From: an uncultured Clostridia bacterium
GTDB taxonomy: Bacteria; Bacillota; Clostridia; Oscillospirales; UBA644
Direction of reading: 5' to 3'
Length of the DNA stretch: 54,564 nucleotides
NCBI GenBank assembly: GCA_944382895.1
Contig: CALWNV010000003.1
Location: 1-54,564 of the forward strand
Both the position numbers and the translations under genes were made by a program. The notes beneath the pieces were generated by a model. The model saw nothing but the letters and a program-made list of their open reading frames with translations, made no database searches and was not told where the DNA came from. Below are positions 28,597-39,189 of this stretch, piece by piece (within the stretch, counting starts at the first letter, position 1; every line of letters starts with the position of its first letter).

Positions 28597-30366
28597 TCAA
28601 TTATCTTTTTTGAAAACAGGAAGCATAACGGAAAATTCCGTGCCTTTTCCAAGCTCACTTTCAACGGTTATTCCGCCTCCGTGCGCATCCACTATGCCGC
28701 TGGCGATCGAAAGCCCAAGTCCTGTACCTGTTTTAGAGCCTCCCCGTGATTTATCCGCTTTATAAAAACGTTCGAATATATACGGTATATCTTCTTTAGC
28801 CATTCCTTTCCCGGTATCCCTTATTTTCATGCATACCATCTCATCGACAAGCTGTGTCGAAACAGTGACAGTTCCGCCTGACGGTGTAAACTTCAACGCA
28901 TTGTCGACAAAAATTATTATCAGCTGACGTATTCTGTCTTTATCGGCAAAAATATGTGGTATGTTCGCTGTGTTGACATTAAGTCTGATCTTCTTTTTCG
29001 AAGAGATAAGTTTCAGGCTGTCAACCGTCTCTGAAATAAGAAGGTTGAGATCAAGTTCCGACAACGAAAGCTGTACTTTCCCGGCTTTGAAACGCGAAAC
29101 ATCAAGAAGATCCCTTACCAAATGCTCAAGGGCAACTGTTTCATTTTCTATCCGGTTATACATCTGCATAACATCCGCCGGATTTGTAACGGCGCCGTCG
29201 ATAAGAAGCTCAACAGATCCTTTGATAATAGTAAGAGGGGTTCTGAACTCGTGAGAGACATTTGAAACGAATTCTCTCCGTGTCTGCTCTAATTTCTCAC
29301 TCTGACTTATATCCTGAACTATGACAACGGTCCCAACCAGGTTTTCATCATAAAAACTCGGAGATATAGTAAATTTAAGTATATCATTTCCGTCAAGCAC
29401 AACCGTCTGCTGTTCTCTTTTCTCCATTGCCCGACGGCGCGCGGACACAATCCTCTTATCTGCAAGCATTTCATAATTGCACATACGCATGATTGCGGCG
29501 TTATATTTTATAAGTTTCCCCTCAGTGTCATAATAAGCGAGACCATCGGAAATATTATTAAGCAAGGTATCAAGATTTTCTTTTTCCGATCTGAGAGAAT
29601 TTACGGTTTTATCAAGAGTATAGGCAAGATCATTAAGGGATTGGGAAAGGGTTCCAATCTCTCCTTTATCTGAAATATCCGCTCTGACCGAATAATTACC
29701 ACACGCCATTTTCTGGGCTACAAGACTCATCTCTTTCAAAGGTCTCGATATACGCATTGCAAGTAAAACGGATATCAAAAAAGCAACTATTACACTAAAT
29801 GCAATAGATATTCCAAGATACATCTGCGCCGACAAAAAATTAGAATTTATATTCGACATGGGACAATGCATTAAAACAGCCCCGATAACTTCGCTTTCCT
29901 CTCCCTCATATAAAGTAGTAGAAGCCATAGGAACTATCACGGAAATAGTTTCCTGCCCGAAATAATCAGAAAATTCCTTAGTATATATATTTATATTTTC
30001 AAAAGAATTTTTTATTATATTTTCCTGATTTTCGGTCAGTTCTTTTATATTAAGCGGGCTTTGCGACGAAGTTCCTATATTTTCAAACAATCCGTCGGTA
30101 GTTACCACCCAAAGCTTTGAATCCAATATTCCCTCAGCAAAAAGAGAGTAATCAGATATAGTTTTTTTCCTGTAAGCATAAGAACTCGCCTTGTCTTGTG
30201 AGACAAGGCGGGCAATCTCCTGAGCACAGGAAAGCATTGTTTTTTGTTTTTCCTGAACGGCGTTATTGTAAAAAAGATACATAAATATCACGCTTGTAAT
30301 CAAAACAACAAGCACCGTAACGCCGATAAATACCGCAATAAGCTTGGACGATATGCGCTTAAGCAC
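28597..30366 (-). CDS. Membrane sensor histidine kinase (HAMP, PAS-like, HisKA, HATPase)
   Basis: Two TM segments, VSHEFRTP, DNALKF, DTGKG, FERFYK, GTGLGL. Confidence 0.93.
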   Translation of the reverse strand: MLKRISSKLIAVFIGVTVLVVLITSVIFMYLFYNNAVQEKQKTMLSCAQEIARLVSQDKASSYAYRKKTISDYSLFAEGILDSKLWVVTTDGLFENIGTSSQSPLNIKELTENQENIIKNSFENINIYTKEFSDYFGQETISVIVPMASTTLYEGEESEVIGAVLMHCPMSNINSNFLSAQMYLGISIAFSVIVAFLISVLLAMRISRPLKEMSLVAQKMACGNYSVRADISDKGEIGTLSQSLNDLAYTLDKTVNSLRSEKENLDTLLNNISDGLAYYDTEGKLIKYNAAIMRMCNYEMLADKRIVSARRRAMEKREQQTVVLDGNDILKFTISPSFYDENLVGTVVIVQDISQSEKLEQTRREFVSNVSHEFRTPLTIIKGSVELLIDGAVTNPADVMQMYNRIENETVALEHLVRDLLDVSRFKAGKVQLSLSELDLNLLISETVDSLKLISSKKKIRLNVNTANIPHIFADKDRIRQLIIIFVDNALKFTPSGGTVTVSTQLVDEMVCMKIRDTGKGMAKEDIPYIFERFYKADKSRGGSKTGTGLGLSIASGIVDAHGGGITVESELGKGTEFSVMLPVFKKDN

Positions 30367-30368
30367 CT

Positions 30369-31058
30369 TTATTTAACCTCAAATTTATACCCGACACCCC
30401 ATACCGTTTTAATATCAAACCCAACAGTCTCATCAAGATTGAGTTTCGTACGGATGCGTTTGATATGGGTATCGACCGTTCTGGTATCGCCGAAATACTC
30501 ATATCCCCAAATATTTTCAAGAAGATGGTCGCGTGTGTATACTCTTCCGGGATTTGTGGCAAAAAGCCAAAGTATCTCAATTTCTTTTTTTGTAAGAACA
30601 ACTGGTTTTCCGTTCACAGAGGCTTCATAGCTGCTCATATCTATAACAAGCCCAGCGACTTCTATCTTTTTATTACGATCGTCACTGCTGTCATCATTAA
30701 CTCGTCTCAAAACAGCTTTTATCCTCGTCATTACCTCGCGTGGGCTGAAAGGCTTAACAACATAATCGTCAGCACCAATATCAAGCCCGAGTATTTTATC
30801 AGCCTCGTCACTTTTAGCAGTAACCATTATAATAGGAACGTTGGAACTCTGTCTTATCTGCCGGCAAACATCATAACCGTTTATTTTCGGCATCATAACA
30901 TCAAGAAGAATAAGGGCAGGATTATATTCTCTGTGCATTTTTAATGCCTGCTCGCCGTCAAAAGCGCAAACCGCTTTATATCCTTCTTTTTGAGCATAGA
31001 TTTTAAGAATATCGACAATATCCTTATTGTCATCGGCAATCAAAATCACTTTATCCAT
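30369..31058 (-). CDS. OmpR/PhoB-family response regulator
   Basis: LLDVMMP receiver, GADDYVVKPF, RTVDTHIKRIR, TVWGVGY. Confidence 0.95.
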   Translation of the reverse strand: MDKVILIADDNKDIVDILKIYAQKEGYKAVCAFDGEQALKMHREYNPALILLDVMMPKINGYDVCRQIRQSSNVPIIMVTAKSDEADKILGLDIGADDYVVKPFSPREVMTRIKAVLRRVNDDSSDDRNKKIEVAGLVIDMSSYEASVNGKPVVLTKKEIEILWLFATNPGRVYTRDHLLENIWGYEYFGDTRTVDTHIKRIRTKLNLDETVGFDIKTVWGVGYKFEVK

Positions 31059-31096
31059 AGTTTTTCATCCTCCATGAGCACATATACTCTGAGTAT

Positions 31097-31125
31097 AGTA
31101 TACCACATAAAATCTCAATTGTCAA
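31097..31125 (-). promoter_or_regulatory. Sigma-A promoter of the RR-HK operon
   Basis: TTGACA-17 bp-TATACT with extended TG. Confidence 0.7.
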
Positions 31126-31143
31126 CATTTTTGCGAAAAAAAT

Positions 31144-32928
31144 TTAACATCTGCCTTTATCAGAAGGTAAAAGAACACGAATAAGATCACTTCTTCCCGC
31201 TTTCAACAGCGCTCTTCTAACAATTTCCCGATTTTTCGGCAACGTACATTGCAAAAGAGCTCTCTGTTCAGCTTTTTCCTGCGGTGTTTTTGGAACATAC
31301 ACTTTTTTCATGGTAACAGGATTGAGCCCGGTATAAAACATTGCGCAAGACAATGTGCCCGGCGTAGGATAAAAATCCTGGACCTGTTCAGGATGATAGT
31401 TTATCTTTTTCAAATACAGAGCAAGTTCAATAGCGTCTTCAAGTGTACAACCGGGGTGAGACGATATAAGATAAGGGACAAGATACTGTTTCAATCCTAA
31501 TTGTTTGTTTATTTTATAAAACTCTTTATAAAATTTTTCATACACCTCAAAATGCGGTTTACCCATACAATCAAGGACATTGTTCCTAACATGCTCAGGA
31601 GCTACTTTCAGTTGCCCGCTTATATGATGCTTTATAAGTTCCCTGAAAAACTCTTTATTTTTATCCGCAACGATATAATCGTACCTTATCCCTGAGCGGA
31701 TAAATACTTTTTTTACTCCCGGCAACGCGCGCACGGTTTTTAGGATGTCAAGATATTCTTCATGAGAAACATTCTTTTCGGCCACGGGACAGATTTCGGG
31801 AGCCATACATTTTCGGTCCTTACATACGCTTTTTTTATCACATGCGCTGTGCCGGAAATTCGCGGTAGGTCCGCCGATATCATTTATATAGCCCTTAAAA
31901 TTAGGTCCTTTTGTAATACGCACGGCTTCATTCACAACTGATTGCTTACTTCTTGAAGTAACCAGGGTTCCCTGATGAAAAGCTATTGCGCAAAAATTAC
32001 ACCCGCCAAAGCAACCCCTGTTATGCGTAATTGAATTTTCGACCTCCTCAATAGCAGGAACTCCGCCCTCAGCCTCATATGACGGATGATAAGCCCTCAT
32101 ATACGGAAGCGCGTAAACCGCGTCAAGTTCTTTTTTTTCAAGAGGCGCGGCAGGGATATTTTGTAAAAGGTATCTCTTACCATGTCGCTGAACGATTGGT
32201 TTACCGACAAAAGGATCCTGTTGCCTAAACTGTACTCTTGTTGCCTCAGCATATGCACGCTTTCCTTCCTCGGTCGGAAGTTTGACACGTTCGGCAGGAG
32301 CACATTCTACGGCGTCTATAGGTTTTTCATCAACCATCACACATGTTCCGGAAATATCCGTTATATCGCAAATGCGCTCTCCGGAAACAAGCCGTCGGCA
32401 AATTTCTTTCGTCTGATATTCGCCCATACCGAACATAAGTATATCGGCACCGCTGTCGACCAAAATAGAATTACGGACTTTGTCCTGCCAATAATCATAA
32501 TGAGCAAAACGCCTTAAAGACGCTTCCAATCCTCCGATAGCTATCGGGATATTCCCATACAGTTCACGTAGTTTATTACAGTATACCAAAACAGCCCGAT
32601 CCGGTCTCCGCCCCGCTTTTCCGCCCGGTGAATATACATCACGGCTTCTGGGCTTTTTAGCGACGGTATAATTCGAAACCATTGAATCGACACAACCGGA
32701 TGTCACCATAAAAGCGTATTTAGGACATCCGAGTTTTTTATAGTCCGTATCTGTCTGAGGCTGAGCTATAATACCTACTGTATAACCGAGGCTTTCAATA
32801 AGCCGCGATATTATCGCCACACCGAATGAGGGATGGTCAACATAGGCGTCACCGGTAATACATATAAAATCAAGGCATGATATCCCTCTGTCATCAAGAT
32901 CCTGACGGCAAACAGGTAAAAACGGCAT
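31144..32928 (-). CDS. ygiQ: YgiQ-family (UPF0313) radical SAM protein
   Basis: GDAYVDHPSFG, GGLEASLRRFAHYDYW, RGCFGGCNFC, GQLKVAPEH, QVQDFYPTP. Confidence 0.92.
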   Translation of the reverse strand: MPFLPVCRQDLDDRGISCLDFICITGDAYVDHPSFGVAIISRLIESLGYTVGIIAQPQTDTDYKKLGCPKYAFMVTSGCVDSMVSNYTVAKKPRSRDVYSPGGKAGRRPDRAVLVYCNKLRELYGNIPIAIGGLEASLRRFAHYDYWQDKVRNSILVDSGADILMFGMGEYQTKEICRRLVSGERICDITDISGTCVMVDEKPIDAVECAPAERVKLPTEEGKRAYAEATRVQFRQQDPFVGKPIVQRHGKRYLLQNIPAAPLEKKELDAVYALPYMRAYHPSYEAEGGVPAIEEVENSITHNRGCFGGCNFCAIAFHQGTLVTSRSKQSVVNEAVRITKGPNFKGYINDIGGPTANFRHSACDKKSVCKDRKCMAPEICPVAEKNVSHEEYLDILKTVRALPGVKKVFIRSGIRYDYIVADKNKEFFRELIKHHISGQLKVAPEHVRNNVLDCMGKPHFEVYEKFYKEFYKINKQLGLKQYLVPYLISSHPGCTLEDAIELALYLKKINYHPEQVQDFYPTPGTLSCAMFYTGLNPVTMKKVYVPKTPQEKAEQRALLQCTLPKNREIVRRALLKAGRSDLIRVLLPSDKGRC

Positions 32929-32952
32929 ATTACGATCCTTTCTTTCAAATAT

Positions 32953-34791
32953 TCATTCGTTCGCAAACTGAGTTTTATAAAGAGTATAATACGCACCTTT
33001 TTGTTTGAGAAGGTCTTCATGATTCCCGCTTTCGACAATCCTTCCGTCGTTTATTACCAATATCTTATCCGCATCACGGATGGTGGAAAGTCTGTGAGCT
33101 ATAATAAAACTCGTACGCCCTTTCATAAGCGATATCATCGCTTTTTGAACATTCATTTCGGTTCTTGTATCTATTGAAGAAGTAGCCTCGTCAAGTATCA
33201 GGATTTTCGGATCGGCCAAAACAGCTCTTGCAATCGATAAAAGCTGCCTTTGTCCCTGACTGAGATTGGAGCCCTCTTCCGACAAAACGGTTTTATATCC
33301 TTCCGGAAGCCTTGAAATAAACGAATGCGCATTTGCGGTCATCGCCGCATGTTCAACCTCTTCCTCCGTAGCGTCAAGACGCCCGAAACGGATATTGTCA
33401 TAAATATCTCCGCTGAAAAGAACCGTATCCTGTAACACTATCCCTATACTGCGACGGAGATCGTGTTTGCGTATATCATTTATGTTTTTTCCGTCAAGCT
33501 TAATAATACCATCATTTATATCATAAAAACGTGTAATCAGATTGACAACGGTCGTTTTCCCCGCCCCGGTAGGTCCGACGAGAGCAATTTTCTGTCCGGG
33601 AAGGACATCAAGAGTAAAATCTTTCAAAACAGGTTTGTCAGGCACATATGAAAAATTCACATGCTCAAACTCAACATGCCCTGTCACTTCCTCAGGATTC
33701 ATAATAATTTTTCCGTTATCAGTCTCCGATTCCTCATCCATAACTTCGAACACACGTTCTGCTCCGGCAACCGCTGACTGTATCGCGTTGTACTGATTAG
33801 CAATTTCATTTATCGGGCGAGTAAACTGCCTCGACAAAGTGATAAACGCCGAGATCGTACCAACGGTAACACCAAAATCACCAAAAGCCAAAAGCCCTCC
33901 TGATATTGCGACCAGTACAAAAGTTATATTATTTACGACATTCATAATCGGACCGACCATACCAGAAAATATCTGTGCTTTTATACTGCTGTCTCTGAGG
34001 GCTTCATTTATCGCCTCAAAAGAATTTATAGAGATCTGTTCACGGTTGAACGCTTTTACGGTCTTTTGCCCCGCGACCATTTCCTCAATATGCCCGTTGA
34101 GTTTTCCCAAAGACGACTGCTGTTTCTTAAAATAGAATCTGGTTTTTTTTGCGACAACCCTTGTTGCGAGAAGGCTCAGGGGGATACCGAGAAGAGTTAT
34201 CAATGTCATCAACGGACTGTAAACAAGCATCATCACAAAAGAAGCGGTCACAGTCATCGCGCTTGAAAACAATGAGGTTATGCTCTGCGACAATGTAGTC
34301 GAAACATTATCAATATCGTTCGTAACACGGCTCATCAAGTCTCCGTGAGCGTGTGTGTCAAAATAACGAACCGGAAGCCCGGACATTTTTTTAAAGAGAT
34401 CGTTACGCATTGACCGGACTGTTTTCTGCGAAAGAGATGCGCCCAGAAAACCCTGTAAAAAATTAAACAATATTGAAAAAAGATAAACCACACACAACAA
34501 CAAAAGAGATCTGAAAAGCGCTTCTGTATCTATATGAAGACGGCCGCTGTCTATAGTTATTGCGTCAATAGCAGACTTCTGGAAAGTAGACCCGTAAACC
34601 ATCGATAAGGAAGAGACGGCAACAAAGACTACCAACATTATCAAAACAAGTTTGTTTTTTCCCAGATACGAAATCAGCCTTAAAATAGTTCCCTTTCTGT
34701 TTTTCGCTTTTTCGCCGAACATATGAGCACCGGGACCGCCAGGTCGTCCCGGACCGCCGGGAGATGTATGCGAAGCTGTTCTCTTAGTCAT
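32953..34791 (-). CDS. ABC multidrug-type exporter subunit B (consensus ATPase site)
   Basis: GPTGAGKTT, LSQGQRQ, ILDEATS, AHR. Start moved to ATG 34791. Confidence 0.93.
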   Translation of the reverse strand: MTKRTASHTSPGGPGRPGGPGAHMFGEKAKNRKGTILRLISYLGKNKLVLIMLVVFVAVSSLSMVYGSTFQKSAIDAITIDSGRLHIDTEALFRSLLLLCVVYLFSILFNFLQGFLGASLSQKTVRSMRNDLFKKMSGLPVRYFDTHAHGDLMSRVTNDIDNVSTTLSQSITSLFSSAMTVTASFVMMLVYSPLMTLITLLGIPLSLLATRVVAKKTRFYFKKQQSSLGKLNGHIEEMVAGQKTVKAFNREQISINSFEAINEALRDSSIKAQIFSGMVGPIMNVVNNITFVLVAISGGLLAFGDFGVTVGTISAFITLSRQFTRPINEIANQYNAIQSAVAGAERVFEVMDEESETDNGKIIMNPEEVTGHVEFEHVNFSYVPDKPVLKDFTLDVLPGQKIALVGPTGAGKTTVVNLITRFYDINDGIIKLDGKNINDIRKHDLRRSIGIVLQDTVLFSGDIYDNIRFGRLDATEEEVEHAAMTANAHSFISRLPEGYKTVLSEEGSNLSQGQRQLLSIARAVLADPKILILDEATSSIDTRTEMNVQKAMISLMKGRTSFIIAHRLSTIRDADKILVINDGRIVESGNHEDLLKQKGAYYTLYKTQFANE

Positions 34792-36535
34792 CAAAAGCAC
34801 CTCCCTGACCTATCTGCGATGAATAAATATCTTTATATATATCACTGCTTTGCATAAGCTCTTCATGAGTCCCTTCGGCAGATATCTTTCCTCCGTCCAT
34901 AACAATTATCTTATCTGCGGCCATAACAGAGGATATTCTTTGTGCAATCAGTATTACCGTCATATCTTTCATATCTGTCTTGAGCGCTTTCTTAAGACGA
35001 GCTTCCGTTCCCATATCAAGCGCTGATGTACTATCGTCCATTATAAGTATCTGCGGCTTTTTCAAAAGAGCTCTCGCGATACAAAGTCTCTGCTTCTGTC
35101 CTCCGGAAAGAGTAAGACCGCCCTGCCCCAACTCAGTATCGTATCCATCAGGAAACGCCTTTACAAAATCATCAGCCTGCGCGGTTTTTGCAGCGGCATA
35201 TACCTCATCATCAGAAGCTGAGGGATTTCCCCACCGTATGTTTTCGGCAATACTTCCGCTGAAAAGCACGGCTTTCTGCAAAACCATCCCGATTTTTTCT
35301 CTGAGAGTTCCCGATTTATAATCTTTTACGTCAATCCCGTCGACCAAAATCCTTCCCGAACTTACATCATAAAACCGCGGTATAAGATTTACAAGCGATG
35401 ATTTTCCGGAGCCCGTGGAACCGAGAATAGCTACTGTCTGTCCAGGCTTTATATCTATATTTATATCTCGTAAAACAGGATCGCCCATTGCTAACGGATA
35501 CTTGAACGACACATTTTCGAAAACTACCGAACTGCCTTTCGCGGGCAAAAATGAAGAAACGCAATCTTCCTTATCTTTAACCGAAGGTTCCGTCGCCATG
35601 ACCTCTTTTACGCGGTCATAAGAAGCTTTTGCTCTTGAAAGCATCATAAACAACATTGACATCATCATCATACTCATCAATATCTGAGTCATATATGTCA
35701 CAACCGAGGTCACCTGACCGACCTGGATCGCCTTCGCCTCAACCTGAAGTCCGCCAATATAAATAACGGCAACAACCGATCCGTTCATAAATAACATCAT
35801 AAGAGGACTCAAAAGAGCCATCATACGCATAACTTTAAGCGTGGTTTTAGTTAAATCATCGTTTACCGAAGAAAACTTCTCTATCTCATTTTCCTCTCGT
35901 ACATAAGCTTTTACGACTCTTACACCGGTAAGATTCTCCTGCGTCACCGCATTTAACTTATCAACAAATTTTTGCATTTTTGAAAATAACGGGCTTCCGA
36001 ATTTAGTTATCAAAACAACTATCGTAAGCATAATCGGCATTGATACAACTAAAATAAGCCCGAATTTAATATCCATGGAAAGAGCCATCACTATCCCGCC
36101 TATACACATAAGAGGGGTTCTTATAAGCATCCTGAGAGACATCATAAGAAGATTCTGAAGTTGCGTAACATCATTAGTAAGTCGAGTCACAAGAGAACCT
36201 GTGGAAAATTTATCGGTTTCGGCAAACGAAAATGTCTGGACCTTCTTAAACAGATCGCTTCTCAAATCTGCACCGAAATTCTGCGAAACCTTGCTGGAAA
36301 AATATGTACAGCTCATACCCCCGACCATACCGATAACAGCAAAAATAAGCATTTTAAGACTTGTCCACAGTATTACATCCATCCGGTTCTCAAGAATACC
36401 TATGTTTATAACATCCGCCATCAGAGCCGGCTGAAGAAGGTCCATGACAACCTCAACCATCATCGTCAAAGGCGCAAGTATTGCGGCAACTGCGTACGGT
36501 TTTATATAACCTGAAAGTTTAATTTTTTTGTTCAT
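34784..36535 (-). CDS. ABC multidrug-type exporter subunit A (degenerate ATPase site)
   Basis: GSTGSGKSS, LSGGQKQR, with degenerate IMDD and AQR motifs typical of heterodimeric exporters. Confidence 0.93.
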   Translation of the reverse strand: MNKKIKLSGYIKPYAVAAILAPLTMMVEVVMDLLQPALMADVINIGILENRMDVILWTSLKMLIFAVIGMVGGMSCTYFSSKVSQNFGADLRSDLFKKVQTFSFAETDKFSTGSLVTRLTNDVTQLQNLLMMSLRMLIRTPLMCIGGIVMALSMDIKFGLILVVSMPIMLTIVVLITKFGSPLFSKMQKFVDKLNAVTQENLTGVRVVKAYVREENEIEKFSSVNDDLTKTTLKVMRMMALLSPLMMLFMNGSVVAVIYIGGLQVEAKAIQVGQVTSVVTYMTQILMSMMMMSMLFMMLSRAKASYDRVKEVMATEPSVKDKEDCVSSFLPAKGSSVVFENVSFKYPLAMGDPVLRDINIDIKPGQTVAILGSTGSGKSSLVNLIPRFYDVSSGRILVDGIDVKDYKSGTLREKIGMVLQKAVLFSGSIAENIRWGNPSASDDEVYAAAKTAQADDFVKAFPDGYDTELGQGGLTLSGGQKQRLCIARALLKKPQILIMDDSTSALDMGTEARLKKALKTDMKDMTVILIAQRISSVMAADKIIVMDGGKISAEGTHEELMQSSDIYKDIYSSQIGQGGAFDD

Positions 36536-36993
36536 TGTTTAGAAGACCTCAACTTTTCAAGAATTCTGCGAAGTTCCGTTATCTCCTCCGGGGTAAGTGT
36601 CTCAAAAGTTTCTTTTTCCACCTGTTCAAAAGTCCGGCGAATCTTATCCGCGAGAGCTTTACCGCTTTCCGTCAAAAATATTCTGAACTGTCTCGCATCG
36701 CTTTCATGAGGCTCACGCAAGATATATCCGGAATCCTCCATCTTTTGAATAGTCACACTAACGGAAGAGGGTTTGAAAAACATTTTTTCGGCAAGCTCAC
36801 ATTGCGAAAGACCCTCATGGCGCGAAATTTCCGTAAGAACAGGACCAAAAGAATGCGGGATCCCTATTTTATCAAGCTTTTCCCTCGCATCACAACCAAA
36901 AAGATGGAAAACGACCCTTATAAGATGACTCAGCGGGACATCGTCATTCTCACTTATAAAGGGACATTCCGGGACCTTGTCATTATGTTTCAA
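36532..36993 (-). CDS. MarR-family transcriptional regulator
   Basis: LSQCELAEKM..KPSSVS..IQKME..GYI.R....DAR...I.LTESG; first gene of the ABC operon. Confidence 0.9.
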   Translation of the reverse strand: MKHNDKVPECPFISENDDVPLSHLIRVVFHLFGCDAREKLDKIGIPHSFGPVLTEISRHEGLSQCELAEKMFFKPSSVSVTIQKMEDSGYILREPHESDARQFRIFLTESGKALADKIRRTFEQVEKETFETLTPEEITELRRILEKLRSSKQ

Positions 36994-37012
36994 AACACTA
37001 CCTCCTTTATTT

Positions 37013-37030
37013 TAGTTAGGTAACTAACTA
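37013..37030. promoter_or_regulatory. Probable MarR operator
   Basis: TAGTTAG-GTAA-CTAACTA, a perfect 7-bp inverted repeat between an extended -10 (TGTTATAAT, 37042-37050 minus strand) and the marR RBS. Confidence 0.7.
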
Positions 37031-37216
37031 TATTGCACTATATTATAACACCATATATAGACTTTTTTTCAACAATCAGGTAAAATATTTGCAAAATTTA
37101 GGCACCATTTATAAAGAATCACCTTTATATACACCATATATCAAAACAACTTCTATATTGTCCGAAAACCATATAGAATCCACATTTTATATTGTTCTTA
37201 AAAATTAAAATAAATT

Positions 37217-38101
37217 TCAAAATGCACAGCAAATATCAGAAAACGAAATATCATACCCGGCTGCACAGGCTTTTTTAACCGTTTTGGCAAAAGGATAAGC
37301 AATACCGGAAAAGCCCATATCAAGAGCTTTTTCTTCCAAGACCTCCGAGTAATATCCGGACGGACGCGCGCAACCGAGATAAAAAGAAGAACCGGGAAGT
37401 TTTTTCACCGCTGATTCAAAAAAAGACAAAACATCCTCAAGAGGCGGCGGCGAAGTTCTACTCATTTTTGTGCCGGACAACGGCTTAAGCACAACCAAAA
37501 CAAGTTTTTCGGGAGAAAACTCATAAACAATGTCAAGCGCAGCATATTCACCTTTTATTTTCCCGTAATCTAAACCGACTACTATATGAGGCGAACAACT
37601 GAGTCCGATTGTTTTCATACATTCAAGTCTTTCCGCATAATCTTCCGCTCCGGCATCTATGCCAAAAATATTTTTCACCGTTTCCCTGCTGCCGACAACA
37701 TCAAAAAAAACTGTTGAAACACCGCTCTCCTTAAGTTTATACAAAGTTTGAAAAGAAGGAAAACCGCAATGCACCGCAACTTTTATATATTTGCTTACTC
37801 TGCTTATAGATTCACAATAAGGAAGCAATTCCACTTCACCCGATATATTACATCCGCCGCTCAGCAAAATACCTTCGCAGCCTTCATCAATCATCTTCAT
37901 GCAAAGCGTCTCAAAATTTTGGGGATCAGAGCCGTCGAGCATATTTTTCAACATCTTCCCACCACAGTGAGGACAATCAAGTGCGCAGATATTTCCACTT
38001 ATACTCACCGAACGAAATTTTTTGCGGTTATTAAAATGAAACTCGTTTTCATAAAACTTTGCTCCCGGGGTAAAAAACGTTATCTTTTTCATTATCTGCA
38101 C
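37217..38101 (-). CDS. lipS1: LipS1-type radical SAM sulfur insertase (alternative lipoyl synthase subunit)
   Basis: CALDCPHC, LSGGC, PHIVVGL, GCARP and C-terminal CC, which are the motifs I recall for LipS1; adjacent to the lipoate ligase. Confidence 0.8.
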   Translation of the reverse strand: MQIMKKITFFTPGAKFYENEFHFNNRKKFRSVSISGNICALDCPHCGGKMLKNMLDGSDPQNFETLCMKMIDEGCEGILLSGGCNISGEVELLPYCESISRVSKYIKVAVHCGFPSFQTLYKLKESGVSTVFFDVVGSRETVKNIFGIDAGAEDYAERLECMKTIGLSCSPHIVVGLDYGKIKGEYAALDIVYEFSPEKLVLVVLKPLSGTKMSRTSPPPLEDVLSFFESAVKKLPGSSFYLGCARPSGYYSEVLEEKALDMGFSGIAYPFAKTVKKACAAGYDISFSDICCAF

Positions 38102-38109
38102 CCGACAAA

Positions 38110-39162
38110 TTACTGTTCACCGACAGCCATACGAACGGCATATACAAAATCCGACGGAATCACACCGGGTATTGCCCATTCCCTATTTTCAAAAAATTCT
38201 GTCGTCTTTTTCTCTATATCACAAATTCTGCAGTTTTTAAGTACACTCTCATAATCCTGAATAAGACGAGAAGGATACACAAAAAAATCCCCGTTTATAA
38301 CAGCCTGTGAAATATATGCTCTACCGTCCGTTATGATATAAACCCTTATACATCCTCCCGCCGCTTTGTAAACAGCACTACGGTATTGTTTTTTACTCTC
38401 ACGCGCATTACGGTATATCCACTCTTCACTTTCGAATTCTATCATATTCTTACTGTAAGACTCTTTTTCATACAAACTAAGTTCGCCGCACACATAATCA
38501 AACCCGAGGACGGAAGAAAACTCATTTATCAAAGCCTTTTTGAGACTAACAATATCCGGTACAGGAGCACACTCTCTCGAAAGCCATGTCATTCGTTCCC
38601 TAAAAGCGGATACCGCTTTATCTTTAAGTTTTTCAATGGGTGTATTAAGAGTTTTAAGCATCATCTCTATATCAAAATCGATAAGCAGGGAGCCGTGATA
38701 TAAAAACGTATCCCCTTCTTCTGTACCCCCGCTCCCGCTGACTTTACGTCCGTTTATTTCAATATCATTATGAGGACGGAACTCAGCAGCTATACCAAAA
38801 CTTTTGAGAGCATTTACACAACCCCCGCAAAGAGTTCGGTACATATTTTCAACCGTACTGCCCCGCAGGGCTGACTTCGGAGCAACCAGTTCCCATCCGA
38901 GAGCCCCCCTGTCCATTAAAATCGCGCCCCCTCCGGTGATACGCCTGTTGACCGGGATATCGTGTTCTTTGCAAAAATCAATTTTAACCTCATCTTCCAC
39001 ATTCTGATTATATCCCACAAGAATCACAGGCCGATCAAAAAACATAAATCTCAAGGTCGGAGGGGATTTTCTCTCATTAACGGCAGAGAGAATCGTTTTA
39101 TCTAAAGCCATATTTTCCGCAGCACCTATATATCCGGTATCTACAACACGCCATTTTTCCAT
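38110..39162 (-). CDS. lplA: Lipoate/octanoate:protein ligase, fused catalytic and accessory domains
   Basis: NMALD, PPTLRF, RRITGGGAI, NDIEINGRKVSG, HGSLL; C-terminal KAAGG...GDFF accessory domain. Confidence 0.9.
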   Translation of the reverse strand: MEKWRVVDTGYIGAAENMALDKTILSAVNERKSPPTLRFMFFDRPVILVGYNQNVEDEVKIDFCKEHDIPVNRRITGGGAILMDRGALGWELVAPKSALRGSTVENMYRTLCGGCVNALKSFGIAAEFRPHNDIEINGRKVSGSGGTEEGDTFLYHGSLLIDFDIEMMLKTLNTPIEKLKDKAVSAFRERMTWLSRECAPVPDIVSLKKALINEFSSVLGFDYVCGELSLYEKESYSKNMIEFESEEWIYRNARESKKQYRSAVYKAAGGCIRVYIITDGRAYISQAVINGDFFVYPSRLIQDYESVLKNCRICDIEKKTTEFFENREWAIPGVIPSDFVYAVRMAVGEQ

Positions 39163-39189
39163 ATAATCTTCCTTTTAAGAATTTTTTAT

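Noticed and set aside
34720-34770. GC-rich repeat-like stretch (PGGPGRPGGPG)
   Set aside because: A low-complexity Gly/Pro N-terminal tail common in these ABC exporters, not a DNA repeat element.
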